Source: the human T2T-CHM13v2.0 reference genome, Homo sapiens. Taken from it: a stretch of 64,000 nt of DNA. Positions 1-13,503 of this stretch are shown here, piece by piece (position 1 is the first letter of the stretch; each line of letters starts with the position of its first letter). The notes under the pieces were generated by a model. It had not been told where the DNA came from. It did not search any database and worked only from the letters and a program-made list of their open reading frames with translations. A program made the position numbers and the translations under genes. Location of the stretch: NCBI RefSeq assembly GCF_009914755.1, contig NC_060947.1; one strand, written 5' to 3'.

Positions 1-1692
1 ACCTTATATTGGAAAGGCAAAAGTTGAAAACATTCCCCTTGGTAACTGGAACAAGACAACTATGCCTACTCTCACCACTCCTGTTTAACATAGTACTGGA
101 AGTACTAGCCAGAACAGTCTCTCAAGAGAAAGAAATAAAAGGCATGCAAACATGAAAAAAGAGTCAAACTATGTTTTCATGGATGATATGATTTTATTCC
201 CCCAGTATTCTGAAAGCTCTGCCAAATGGCTCCTGGAACTGATAAATGTCTTCAGTAAAATTTCAGAATACAAATCATACTAAAATGTGTAGCAATTGTA
301 TACAGAAATAACATTCAAGCTGAGTGCCAAGTCACGAATGCAAACCCATTCGTAATAGCCACACAAAATATAAAATACCCAGGAATACATCTAACCAAGG
401 AGGTGTAAAATCTCTACAAGAAGAACCAAGAAACACTGCTCAAAGAAATCAGAAATGACACAAATGGAAAACATCCATGCACATGGATTAGAAGAATCAA
501 TATTATTAAAATGCCCATAATGCCAAAAGCAATCTATAGATTCAATGCAATTCCTATCAAGAACCAACATCATTTTTCCTAGAACTAGAAATAACTATTC
601 TAACATTCAAATTTTAGAGTATTTCATAATTTGAATATTTTATATTTCATAATTAGAATATTTCATGATTAGAATATTCATAATTTGAATAGCCAAAGTA
701 ATTCTAAGCAAAAAGAACAAAGCCAGAGATATCACATTACCTGACTTCGAACTATACACCAAGACTACAGTACCATAACAGCATGGTACTCATACAGAAA
801 CAGACACATAGAACAGAGGAACAGAATAGTAAACCCAGAAATAAAGCCACACACAACCATCTGATCTTCAACAAAGTCAATAAAAACAAGTAAATGAGAA
901 AGGATTCCTGATCTGATAAATGCTGTTGATGTATCTAGCTAGCCATATGTAGATTAATGAAACTGGACACCTACCTTCCGCCATATACAAAAATTAACTC
1001 AATGTGTATTAGATATATAAATGTAAGACCTCAAACTATGAAAATCCTAGAAGAAAACCTAGAAGAAAATTCTGGACATAAGAGTTGGGAAAGAGTATTA
1101 AGACCTCAAAAGCAATTGCAATAAAAACAAAAATTCACAAGTGGAAACTAATTATACTAAAGAGATTTTGCACAGCAAAATAATCAACAGATTAAATAGA
1201 CAACATACAGAATGGGGGAAAGTATTCAAAACTATACATATGGCAATGGTCTACTATCCAGAATCTATAAGGAACTTAATTTGATAAGCAAAAAACAACC
1301 CCATTAAAAAGTGGGAAAAGGAAACCAAGAGACGTGTCGCAAAAGAAAACTTGAGTGGCCAATAAACATATGAACAAATTGCCAATTGTCAATTATTAAA
1401 ATTTCAAAAAACAACAGATTCTCACGAGGCTGTGCAGAAAAGAGAATGCTCATTACACTGTTGGTGGAAATGTAATTTAGTTCAGCCACTGTGTAAAGAA
1501 GTTGGGAGATTTCTCAAAGAATTAAAAAGGAACTACCATTAGACCTGACAATTCTAGTAATGGGTATATACCCAAAGAAAAATAAATAATTCTACCAAAA
1601 TGACACATTCACTCATATGTACATTGCAGCACTAATCACAATAGCAAAGATATGGAATCAACCTAGGTGTCCATCAACAGTGAATTGGATAA
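1..1692 (+). mobile_element. LINE-1 ORF2 (RT to C-terminal part), L1PB4-like; left part of an element split by a nested L1
   Basis: Decayed L1 ORF2 motifs (ctcaccactcctgtttaacatagtactggaagt; aaagcaatctatagattcaatgcaattcctatcaa). The element resumes at 10008. Confidence 0.9.
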
Positions 1693-4600
1693 CTTTTGTA
1701 TTGTTGATTTTAGTTTTGTTGTTTCAAGATAGTAGATTGGAATTATTGTTAGCATGCTTCTTGCAGTTGGAAAGAAAAATAGTGTGTAGAGATTCATGCT
1801 GTGAACTTTTTTTTCCAAGAAGGAACATGGATACTTAGGAAAACTGAAAGAAACCACAGACCCTTTGAAAGAAGTGACAGGCTACATACACCATGACCCA
1901 TGCTGGAAAACTGTGAGTCCCCAGAGTATGACAGGGAGAGGGTTTCCCTCTGTGTTATAAACTCACACTGGGGAATCTGCAATCCAGGCCATGGTGGAAT
2001 GCCTTAACTACCTACCACTGGAGCTGAGTTAGTGGGCAGCGGGAAAAATATGTAAAGCAGTGGCATCGGGATGTGCTTTACATGCACTTCCAGACTCCAG
2101 TAGGGATGTAGGAAAGCCATTTGTGATTCTACCTCACAGGGGACCTCACAGAGATTAGCTGCTAACTCAAGCAGTGGTCACAGGTTGAGAGAAGTTTCTT
2201 ATTGATATTCGTAATACAATCTTCAGTGGTGACAACCTCCCTTGGCCAGAACTAAGGACTGAATGAGAAGTGTGCTATAATCACAGGCACAGGAGCTGGG
2301 CACCGGTGCTTCATTGGTAGACCTTGAGGGGCATGGCCTGAAAGCTATGGTTTCTGTCTCAGTGGGGGAAGGCTTACAGCCTGTGGAAGTTTGGAGTTCT
2401 GAGTGCAGGCTGGCTGGAACCCAGCTAACTGCTCCTAGTAAGTTTGAGACCTGCCTAGCCAAGTTCATGGGAGTTAGGTGGGACTTACTGCCACCTGCTA
2501 CCCTCTGCTGCCTATGCAGACTCTTATGTGCAGCAGAATCATCTACAATCCTACCTGGAACATTACTCTAGCATTGAGAGAACAGACCTTCGATTCTCAT
2601 TGGAGCTGCTGTTCGTGCCCACATGTGGGTAGCCAGAGCATGTACTCACCTGACCCAGCCCACATCTGGCTTTACCCCTTCACCCTGCTCAGTAGCTTAA
2701 CAGAAAAGTCAGGGACTTTTGGAATTTCCATGGCCCTGTCCACTGCCTGAAACACCAGAATACCTCCCCTGAATAACATAAGGCAAGCACAAAACTCACC
2801 ATTATCACCACAGCAAGCGCTCATTTGCAAGTGCCACCTCTCAGCTGGAGGACAACAGGCACAGTCCATTACAACATCTGCAGGCACAATAACACAGTGC
2901 CCAGAAAAGATAAATCTTTTGTGTGACCTCAGTTATTACCATTGCCTGCATCACCCTGGCTAACCAGGAGGTTTTGAGTCAGTCCTCTTGACAAATGCAG
3001 TACTACTACAGCTGGCATTTTAGAAAGTCAACAAACCTTATAACCAAGGAAATGTCACAGAGTATACATCACTCCCTTGCCACTTCCATCAGAGTTGGTG
3101 CTGGTACCTGCTGCTGGGAGACTAGAGAACTAGTCACATAACTGCATCCCTTGCATATGTTCTCCAGCACCAGCATGGTGTGTGGCAGCCTTACTGGGCA
3201 ACTAGACCCAGAGTATCAGCAGGATTCACAACAGTCTGGCCCTCAGGAAGGGGAAAGGGGGAGTACATCAAGGGAGCACCCTGTGGGACAAAAGAATCCA
3301 GAGTGCAGGGCATAAGTACCAGGACTTTCTGCTTGTGAGAAGTCTCTTTCAGCACAGGCACAGGTTCAGAATGGAAAGGCTGAGGCTATAGCCCAACAAT
3401 CAGGCCACCCTGGTGCTAGAGAAGGGTCTTGGAGAAAGGAACTTCCCCTCACTCACCAGTGCAGACAAGGTGGGGCTTCTCCCATGAGAGGTCAGCATGA
3501 GGGAACCCTTAGACAGCCTTTCTGGAACACTTCAGGGTGACTGCATCCCCACAGAAGGGCCTTTCAGGTTCAGTCTTGCATGAGGTATAGAGTCACAGTC
3601 CCTCTCTACATGGAACATCAGCATTCCTGCAGATGAAGAGGTTGCCTGCCTGAATAGCTGAAACACTGGGTCAGGAGCGTGACTGGTAGGTGGATTGATT
3701 TCCTGCTGGTCTGCTAGGGGAGCTGAGGTAGCTTCCTCCTGCCCCCCTGAAAAGACTTCAGTGTGTTTCACTGAGAGCTTCCTCAGCCACCTCTATCAAT
3801 GCTGGAACCTCTGCCCACTATTCGGGTACAGTATTTACCCACATGCTTTGGCCACAGATGGTTTTTACCCACAGATATTTCCTACTAGCCTGAAGCCTGA
3901 ACTGTTTAACACAGTGAATAAAATACTGAGAGAGAAAATAAATAAATAAATACACATGGCTAGAAAACAAAATAAACTTTAGGAGACCACTGCCATTCCA
4001 GAGCCACAGGAAACAGTAAAACTGTTCACACACTAAGCACATTGCTACTGCAACCAGCACCCGAGAAAGTCGTCATACAAAGACTCTCTATAATCAAGAC
4101 ACTCAAATAAATTCATCACCACTCAAAGCACCCAGAGCCAAGTTAAGTTACAATGAACAATAAACATTAAACACGTGTCCTCAAAAAGTAGAAAAAGAAA
4201 TACAAATAAAAGTAGAATCAAATATAAAATAAAAATAATTGGAAGAAATAGTCTTCCTAAATGAAAATAAACCAGAAAAATAATTCAAGCAATATGATAA
4301 AAACAGAGTCTGAGAACACCACCAGAAGATCACACTAGCTCTCCAGCAATTGTTTCAAACCAAAATGAAATATTTTAAATCCCAGATAAAGAATTCAAAG
4401 GGTTGTTTATGAAGTTACTCAAGAAAACACAAGAGAAGTGAAAGTGAACATGAATTAAGAATTTAGGATATGAATAAAACATTTTCTAAGGTGATAGATA
4501 TTTTAATGAAAATTCAATCACAATTTCTGGAAATGAAAGACACACTTAGGGAATTACAATATGCAGTGAACAGTTTTAACAATAGACTAGTCCCACTATA

Positions 4601-7600
4601 AGAAATAATTTCAGTTCTCAAAGACAAGGCTTTTGAGTTAACCCAATCAGACAAAAATAAAGAAAACAGAATTAAAAGAAATGAAAAATGTCTCCAAGAA
4701 ATATGGTATTATAAAATGGCCAAGCCTAAAAATCACTGGTGTTCCTGAGGGAGAAGAAAAGGCAAAAAGTTTTGAAAACTTATTTGAGGAAATAATTGAA
4801 TAAAACTTCCCTGACCTTGCTAGACATTAATACATCCAAACACAAGAAGCTCAAAGAACTACTTGGAGATTCATGGCAAAAATAATGACATCATCAAGAC
4901 ATATAATCATCAGGCTATCTAAAGGTAACATGTAGGAAAAAATTCTAAGAGCAATGAGACAAAAGCATGAGGTAACCTATAAAGGAAAACATTAAACTTC
5001 TCAGCAGAAACCTTAGAAACCAACAATATTTAGTCTCCTTAAATGGAATAAATATTAATAATAATTTCTATCCAGCAAAACTGAGTTTCATAAATGTAGG
5101 AGAAATAGTCTTTTTCAGACAGACAAATGCTGAGGGAATTTGTCACTACCAGACCATCTCTACAAGAAATGTTTAAGTGAGTTATAAATATTGAAACAAA
5201 AGGTTGATATGCAGTAGAAAGAAACTCTTGAAAGCAAAAAATTTACAGGGCCTATAAAACAATAACATAATGTGGAAAACAAAGTAGGCAATAATCAACA
5301 TGATGACTGGAACATTATGTGACATCTCAATATTAATATTGAAGTAAGTGGTCTTAATGCTCCACACTTAAAAGATACAGATTGGCAGAATGAATACAAA
5401 ATTACAACCAAATATCTGCTGTCTTCAAGAGACATCCCTATCATGTAAGGATTCTTATAGACTCTAAGAGGTAGAAAAAGATATTCCATGCAAATGGAAA
5501 CCAAAAGTCAGAAGGAGTAGCAACTCTTATATTAGAGAAAACAAACTGTAAACAACAACACTTAAAAAGAGAAAGAAGGCCATTATATCATGATAAAAAG
5601 TTTAACAAGAAGGTATAACAATTTAAAATACATACATCCCTAATTTTGGAGCCCTCATATTTATAAAACAGTTATTACTAGACCTACTAAAATAGACAGC
5701 AAAAACACTAATAGTTGGAGATTTCAACAGTCCATACATAGCACTAGACAGATTATCAAGGGAGAAAATAAAAAAAGAGACACTGGACTTAAGCTGCACT
5801 CTAGAACAAATGGACCTAATGTATATTTACAGAACATTCTACCTAAGAACTGCAGAATAAACGTTCTTTTCCTCAGCACATGGACCATTCTCCAAAATAG
5901 ACCATATGAAAAACCACCAAAAAGTCTCAATAAATTTTAAATAGTCAAAATCATATGCAGTATCTTTTTATATCACAGTGGACTAAAACTATAAATCATT
6001 TTCAAAAGTAACCATGAAAACTATGTATATACATGGAAATTAAACAATCTGGTCCTGAGTAATTTGGGGGTTAAAAATGAAATCACAATGGAAGTTTAAA
6101 AATTATTTGTAATGAATGATAACAGTGACACAAGTTATCAAAAACTCTGGGATACAGCAAAAGCAATGCTATGATTAATGTTTATACTGATAAATATATA
6201 CACCAAAAAGTCTGAAAGATCACATATTGACAACCTACCATCATACCTCGAGGAACTAGAAAAATAATGGCAAATCAAACCCAAAGCTAGCAGAAGAAAA
6301 GAAATAACAAAACTCTGAGAAGAACTAAATGAAATTGAAATAGAAAATAGAAATTATCAATGAAATGAAAAGTCGGTTCCTTGAAAAGACAAAAAATTGA
6401 TAGACCATTAACTACATTAACCAGAAAAGTAGAGAAATGATTCAAATAATCTCAGTTAGAAATAAAAATGGAGACATTACAACTGAAAGCACAGAAATAA
6501 AAAAGATAATCGGAAACTACTATAAATACCTCTATGCAGGAAAACTAGAAAATTTAGAGAAATGGGTAAATTCTAGGAAACATTAAATCCTCTTAGTTGA
6601 ATCAGGAAGAAACAAAAACCCTGGGCAGACTAATAAGCAGTGAGTTTAAGTCAGTAATAATAATAATAGTAATAATTTACCACCACCACCAACAACAAAA
6701 AAGCCCAGGATCAGACAGATTCAAAGTCAAATTCTGTGAGACATTCAAACAACAATTGGAACCAATCCTACTGAAACAATTTCAAAATATCTAGGAGGAG
6801 GGAATCCTTAACTGATTCTATGAATCCAGTAACACCTTGACAAAAAATAGAAAAGAACATTAAAAATTAAAACTACATACCAATATCACTGATGAAAATA
6901 GATGCAAAATTCCTCAAAAATATACTAGCAAACTGAATCAAACAGCACATTAAAAGACAATTCCCCGTGATCAAGTGGGTTTCATCCCAGGTATGCAGGG
7001 ATGGTTAAACATATGCAAGTCAATATACATTATTCATCACATAAACATAATTATAAACAAAAATCATATGATCATTTCAATAGATGCAGAAAAATCATTT
7101 GAAAAAATCCACCAACGCTTTATGATAAAAATCCTCAACAACCTAACTATAGAAGGAACATACATGAAAGTAATAAAAGACATATAGGACAAACCCACAG
7201 CCAACATTATACTGATTGAGAAAGAGTTGAAAGCATTCTCCCTAAGAACTGGAGCAAGACAAAGATGCCCACTTTCACCACTTCTATTAAACATAATACT
7301 GGAAGCTCTACCCAGAGCAATTAGGCAAAAGACATGAATAAAGGGCACCCAGATGGGAAAAAAGGAAGTCAGACTATTTCCATTTGCCAATGATAAAATC
7401 TTATACCTAACAAACCCTAAATGCTACTCCAAAAGACTCCCACATCTGATAAGTGAACCCAGTAAAGTCTCAGGTTATAAAATCATTGTACACAAATCAG
7501 TAGTACTGATATACACCAACAATGACCAAGCTAAGAATAAAATCCAGAATAAAATCCAATTTCTTTTACAGTAGCTGAAAAATAAAATAAAATATCTAGA

Positions 7601-7670
7601 AATATATGTAACCAAGAAGGTGAAAGATCTCTACAAGGAGAACTACAAAGCACTGTTGAAATAAAACAAT

Positions 7671-8236
7671 AGATGAATGGATAAAGAAAATGTGGTATGT
7701 ATACACAACAGAGTACTATTCATTCTTAAAAAAGAATGAGATCCAGTCAATTTCAAAAACATGGATAGAACTGAAGATTATTATGTTAAGTGAAATAAGC
7801 TGGGCACACAAAGACAAACATCGCATGTTCCCACTTGTCTGTGGTATCTAAAAATCAAATCAACTGAATTCATGGACATAGAGAGTTGAAGGATGTTTAC
7901 CAGAGGCTGGGAAGGGCAGTGGGTGGTTGGTGGGGGTGGGGAAGTGGGGATGGTTAATGGGTACAAAAAATAGAATAAATAAGACCTACTATTTGATAGC
8001 ATAATTGGGTGATTATAGTCAATAATAACTTAATTGTATCATTTTAAATAACATAAATAATGTAATCAGATTGATTGTAATGCAAAGGATAAATGCTTGA
8101 GGGAATAGACACCCCATTCTTTATCATGTGCTTATTTCACATTGCATACCTGTATCAAAACATCTCATGTAACCCCATAAATACATACACCTACTATGCA
8201 CCCACAAAAACATTTAAAAATAATTTAAAAATTAAA
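7671..8236 (+). mobile_element. 5'-truncated L1MA1/2-like 3' end inserted in the L1PB ORF2
   Basis: L1MA-type 3'UTR (aagacctactatttgatagc...aaggataaatgcttgaggg...cccataaatacatacacctactatg) with A tail. Host ORF2 resumes at ~8237. Confidence 0.88.
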
Positions 8237-9525
8237 GAAAGAAATCACAGGACACAAACAAATGGAAATATATACCATTCTCACAGATTGGAAGAAGCAA
8301 TATTGTGAAAATGACCATACTGCCCAAAGCTATTTACAGATTTGATAAAATTCCTATCAAAACACTAACATCATTTTTCACAAAATTAGAGAAAACAATC
8401 CTAAAATTCATATGGAACAAAAAAAAAACCATATAGCCAAAGCAATCCTAAGTAAAAAGAATAAATCTGGAGGCATCAAATTACCTGACTCAAATTATAC
8501 TATAAGGCTATGGGAACTAAACCAGTATGCTACTAGCATAAAAGTAGATACATAAACCAATGGAACAGAATAGAGTACGGACAAATAAAGCCAAATACTT
8601 ACAACCATCTGATCTTCAACAAAGCATGCAGACACATGAACTCGGGAAAGGACACCCGATTTAATAAATGGTGCTGGGGAAAATAGATAGCCATGTGTAG
8701 AAAAACGAAGTTAGATACCTATTGCTCATCTCATATAACAATCAACTCAAGTTGGATTAAAGACTTAAGTCTAAGAACTGAAATCATAAAGGTTCTGGAA
8801 GAAAACCTAGGAAAAACTCTTCTGGACAATGACGTAGGCAAATAATTTATGACTAAGACCTCAAAACCAAATGAGACAAAAAACCCATAAATTAATAAAT
8901 GAAGCTTAAACCAAAAAGCTTTTGCACAGTAAAAGAAATAATCATCAGAGTAGTCAACCCAAAGAATGAGAGAAATTAGTTGCAATCTATGCATCCAACA
9001 AAGAATTAAGGTGCTGATTCTACAAGGAATGCAAACAGATCAGCAAGAACAAAACAAATTATCCCATTTAAATGTGGGCAAGTGACATGAATGGACATTC
9101 TCAGAAGATATACAAATGGCCAAAAAACGTATGAGAAATGCTCAACATGACTAATAATCAGGGAAATGCAAATTAAAACCACAATGAGATACCACCTTAC
9201 CCCAACCAGAATGATCATCATTAAAAAGTCAAAAAACAGTAGATGTTGACATGGATGTGGTGAAAAGGGAATATTTACACACTGCTGGTTGGAATGTAAA
9301 CTTGTACACCTCCTATGGAAGAAAGTATGGAGTTTTCTCAAAGAACTACAAGTAGATCTACCATTCAATCCAGCGATCTCACTACTGGGTATCTATCTAA
9401 AGGAAAAGTAATTATATCAAAACAACATCTGCTTGCATATGTTTACTGCAGCACAATTCACAATTGCAAAGATATGGAGCCAATCCTAAGTGCCCATCAG
9501 CTGATGATGGATAAAGAATATCTGC

Positions 9526-9610
9526 CATATATGTGTGTAACATATACATATATGTGTAATATATACATATTGTAATATATACATATATATGTATATATTA
9601 CACACGCACA
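9526..9610. repeat. Degenerate (TA)/(CA) microsatellite inside L1PB
   Basis: atatatgtgtgtaacatatacatatatgtg... Confidence 0.8.
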
Positions 9611-10007
9611 ACCCATGGAATACTACTCAGCCATAAAAAACAATGAAAGTATGTTTGTTGCAGCAACGTACATAGAACCAGAAGCCATTATTCTAAGTGA
9701 TATAATTCAGAAATAAAAAACCAGATATCCTATGTTCTCACTTGTAAGTGAGAGCTAAGCTACGGGTGCATAAAGGCATACAAAGTTGTGAAATGGACAA
9801 TGGAGACTCAGGAAAGTGTATGGTGGAAGGAGGCTGAGGGATAAAAAACTTCATATTGGGTACAATGTACACTACTGAAGTGATGAGTGCGCTAAAATTT
9901 CAGACTTCACCACTCTACAGTTTATCCATGTGAAAAAAAAATGCTTGTACCCCTAAAACTATTAAAATAGATTTTCAGATAAGAAAACAAAACAAAACAA
10001 AAAAACC

Positions 10008-10350
10008 CAGTGAATTGGATAAAGAAAATGTGGTAAATATACCATGGAATATTACATAGCCATAAAAAAGAATGAAATCATTTTCTTTACATTTCCTTTG
10101 CAGAAACACAGGTATGCACAGACATAAAGATGGCAACAGTAGACACTGGGGACTACTAGAGCAGGAGAGATGGAGTGAGGCAAGAGCTGCAAACTAATTA
10201 TTGGGTACTGTGCTCAGTACCTGGGTAATGGGATTCATTGTACTAAACCTCAGCATCACACAATATACCAGTTAACAAACCTGCACATGTATCCCCTCAG
10301 TCTAAAATAAAAGTTGAAATTTTAATAAATAATAAAATAAGAAATAAAAA
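10008..10350 (+). mobile_element. 3' end of the host L1PB4-like element
   Basis: agacactggggactactaga...aaacctcagcatcacacaatatacc...tctaaaataaaagttgaaat followed by an A-rich tail. Confidence 0.88.
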
Positions 10351-10354
10351 AGTT

Positions 10355-10660
10355 AAAAATCATGCCAGAAACTTTGAGAAATTATCTCTAAATACATATG
10401 ATTTATAAGATCTTAGTATAAAAATCTATATATAATTCCTAAAGATAGACAATCAACCCTAGAATAACATACAAAATGAATATGAATAATACATTAATTA
10501 AAAAACATTCCTGAATGTCTTACAAACATATGGAAAGATGCTATTTCTCACTATTAGTCAAGGAAATATATGTTAAAAATAATGAGATCTCATATTAAAT
10601 AATTTGGCAAATGTTATGGACATCATCACAAGTGTTGACAAACATAAAAAAAAAACCGAC
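10355..10660 (+). mobile_element. Old L1M (L1ME-like) ORF2 3' fragment; continues at 12640-12765 and 13505-14030
   Basis: Highly diverged aaacatatggaaagatgct...gtcaaggaaat; resumes as actcatacactgcttgtggg after the L1PA insertion. Confidence 0.6.
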
Positions 10661-12640
10661 TGGCCAGAACTAACAGTAGTACTACGTTAAATAGGAATGG
10701 TGAGAGAGGGCAAACTTGTCTTGTGCCAGTTTTCAAGGGAAATGCTTCCAGCTTTTGCCTGTTCAGTATGATATTGGCTGTGGGTTTGTCATATATGGAT
10801 CTTATTATTTTGAGGTATGTGCCTTCAATACCTAGTTTATTGAGAATTTTTAACATGAAGAGATACTGAATTTTATTGAAGGCATTTTCTGTATCTATTG
10901 AGATGATCATGTGGTTTTTGTCTTTAGTTCTGTTTATGTGATGAATGACATTTATTGATTTGCACATGTTGAACAAACCTTGCATCCCGGGGATGAAGCC
11001 AACTGCATTGTGGTGTATAAGCTTTTTGATGTGCTGCTAGATTCGGTTTGCCAGTATTTCATTGAAGTTTTCTGCATGGATGTTCATTAGGTATATTGTC
11101 CTAAAGTTTTCTATTTTTGTTGTATTATGAAAATGGCCATACTGCCCAAAGTAATTTAGAAATTCAATGCCATTCCCATTAAACTACCATGGACATTCTT
11201 CACAGAATTAGAAAAAAACTATTTTAAAATTCATATGGAACCCATAAAGAGCACATATAGCCAAGAAAATCCTAAGCAAAAAGAAAAAAGCTGGAGGCAT
11301 CATGCTATAAGAGTTCAAACTATACTACAAGAGTACAGTAACCAAAACAGCACAATACTGGTACACAAACAGACACATTGAGTTAATAATTGGTGTTAAG
11401 TGAACTGGCTTGCCATATGCAGAAAATTGAAATTGGACCTTTGTCTTACACCTTATACGAAAATTAACTTGAGATGGATTGAAGACTTAAACGTAAAACC
11501 CAAAACTATAAAAACCCTAAAAGAAAATCTAGGCACTACCATTCAGGACATAGCACAGGCAAAGATTTCATGATGAAAACACCAAAAATAATTGCAACAA
11601 AAGCAAAAATTGACAAATGGGATCTAATTAAACTAAAGAGTTTCTGCATAGCAAAAGAAACTATCAGCAGAGTGAACGGACACCCTATAGAGTGAAAGAA
11701 AATTTTTGCAATCTGCATCTGGCAAAGGTCTAATATCCAGAATCTACAAGAAGCTTAAGCAAATTTACAAGAAAAATAACAAACAGCCCCATTAAAAAGG
11801 GGGCAAAGGACAGGAACAGACACTTCTCAAAAGAAGACATTCATGCAGCCAACAAACATGTGAAAAAACATATGTAAAAAAAGTTCAACATCTCTGATTA
11901 TTTGAGAAATGCAAATCAAAACCACAATGAGAATGCCAACTATTAAAAAGTGAAGAAACAGTAGATGCTGGCAAGGCTGCAGAGAAAAAGGAACACTTTT
12001 ACACTGTTGGTGGGAATGTAATTTAGTTCAACCATTGTGGAAGACAGTGTGCTGATTCCTCAAAGATCTAGAAGCAGAAATACCATTTGGCCCAGCAATC
12101 CCATTACTGGATATATACTCAAAGGAGTATAAATCATTCTATTAGAAAGATACGTGCATGCATATGTCAACTGTAGCACTATTCACAATAGCAGTGACAC
12201 ATGGAAACAACCTAAATTCCCATCAATGATAGATTGGTTAAAGAAAATGTGGTACGTGTTCATCATGGAATACTACACAGCCATTAAAGGAATGAGATCA
12301 TGTCCCTTGCAGAGACATGGATGGAGTTGAAAACCATTATCCTCAGCAAACGAATGCAGGAACAGAAAACCAAACACTGCATGTTCTCACTTATAAGTGG
12401 GAGCTCAACGATGATAACACATGGACCCATGATGGGGAACAACACACACTGGGGCTTGTCAGGGGGAGAGTGGGGAGGGAGAGCATCAGGAAGGATAGCT
12501 AGCGAATAACGGGCTTACTACCTAAGTAATGGGTTAATCTGTGCAGCAAACCAGCATGGTACATGTATACCCATGTGACAAACCTGCCCATCCTGCACAT
12601 GTACACTGGAACTTAAAATAAAAGTTAATGGAAAAAAAAG
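10661..12640 (+). mobile_element. L1PA13/14-like insertion with 5' inversion (10661-11125 antisense ORF2; 11126-12640 sense ORF2 end plus 3'UTR)
   Basis: ORF 10626..10985(-) is L1 RT ([23 protein letters not shown]). The sense part ends acttaaaataaaagtt plus A tail. Degenerate TSD aaaaaaaccgact / aagagaaacagact. Confidence 0.9.
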
Positions 12641-12764
12641 AGAAACAGACTCATACACTGCTTGTGGGTATATAAATTATAACAAGGTATTAGAAAGCAA
12701 ATCAGCAAGCAAATTTACTTAGGATGGCATACTTAACAATTACAGTTCTAGGAGTATAACTTAG

Positions 12765-12990
12765 ATTAAGGTTTTTTATCCTAAGCACTATTGAGATTTT
12801 CGGCTAGAAAAGTGCTTGATGTGGGGACTTTTTTTTACACAGGTATATTTAGCAGAATCCCTGAACACTACCCACTTGATGCCATTAGCACGTGCCACCA
12901 CCAGTTGTGACAACCCTAAATAGCCCTAGATATTGCCAAATGTCCTCAAGAGGGAAGGGGAGCAAAATAATCTCTGTGTGAGAAGCACTG
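12765..12990 (+). mobile_element. MER20 (hAT-Charlie DNA transposon)
   Basis: tttagcagaatccctg...cccacttgatgccattagcac...cagttgtgacaacc...tattgccaaatgtcc...gagaagcactg. Confidence 0.85.
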
Positions 12991-13036
12991 AACTAGAGAA
13001 ACTTGAAAAACTCTCACATACACAAAGAGATATACC

Positions 13037-13503
13037 ATTATGTGTTGAATTGTGTCTCCCACCAATTTACATGTTAAAGTCCTAATGTTCAGTACATCAG
13101 CATGTGACCTTATGCGGAAATAGGGTAATTGCAGATGCAATTAGATAATATGAGGTCATTAGGGTAGGCTGTAGTCCAATATGACTGGTGTTGTTACAAG
13201 AAGAGAAAATTTGGATATAGGCATAAAGAGAAGACAATGTCACGAGATAAAGGGGAAAAAATGGCCATCTACAATCCAAAAACAGAGGACCAAACGGATC
13301 TTTCTCTCAATGCCCTCAAAATGGACCAAGTCTACCAACACCTTTATTTTGGACTTTTAGACTCCAAATTTTTACTTTTGAAAAGTAAAAAAAATTAAAA
13401 TTAGTTTGCTTTAATTTGTAAATTCTCTTCATAGACTAATGGTAAGACAATACACCACCCAGTTTGTGGTATTTTGTCAGAAACAGTGACAAAGTAAATT
13501 ACA
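13037..13503 (+). mobile_element. MLT1B-like MaLR solo LTR carrying a ~70-bp insertion
   Basis: gttgaattgtgtctccc...atgtgaccttat..ggaaataggg...tccaatatgactggtg...ccacccagtttgtggtattttgt. Confidence 0.85.

Larger units (their letters stand above)
1693..10007 (+). mobile_element. Near full-length LINE-1, L1PB2/3-like (5'UTR ~1723-4260, ORF1 ~4261-5230, ORF2 ~5300-9700, 3'UTR, A-rich tail); inactive
   Basis: L1PB-type 5'UTR and 3'UTR (gagctaagctacgggtgcataaaggcataca...). Exact 15-bp TSD cagtgaattggataa at 1678-1692 and 10008-10022. Confidence 0.92.

Noticed and set aside
2223-3949. GC-richer segment with several ORFs as a possible exon or promoter (also 39863-40845)
   Set aside because: Explained as L1 5'UTRs lying directly upstream of ORF1 remnants; CpG-depleted.
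12765-12990. MER20 copies as exapted enhancers (also 41348-41560)
   Set aside because: Some MER20 copies are regulatory, but nothing in this sequence shows these two are.
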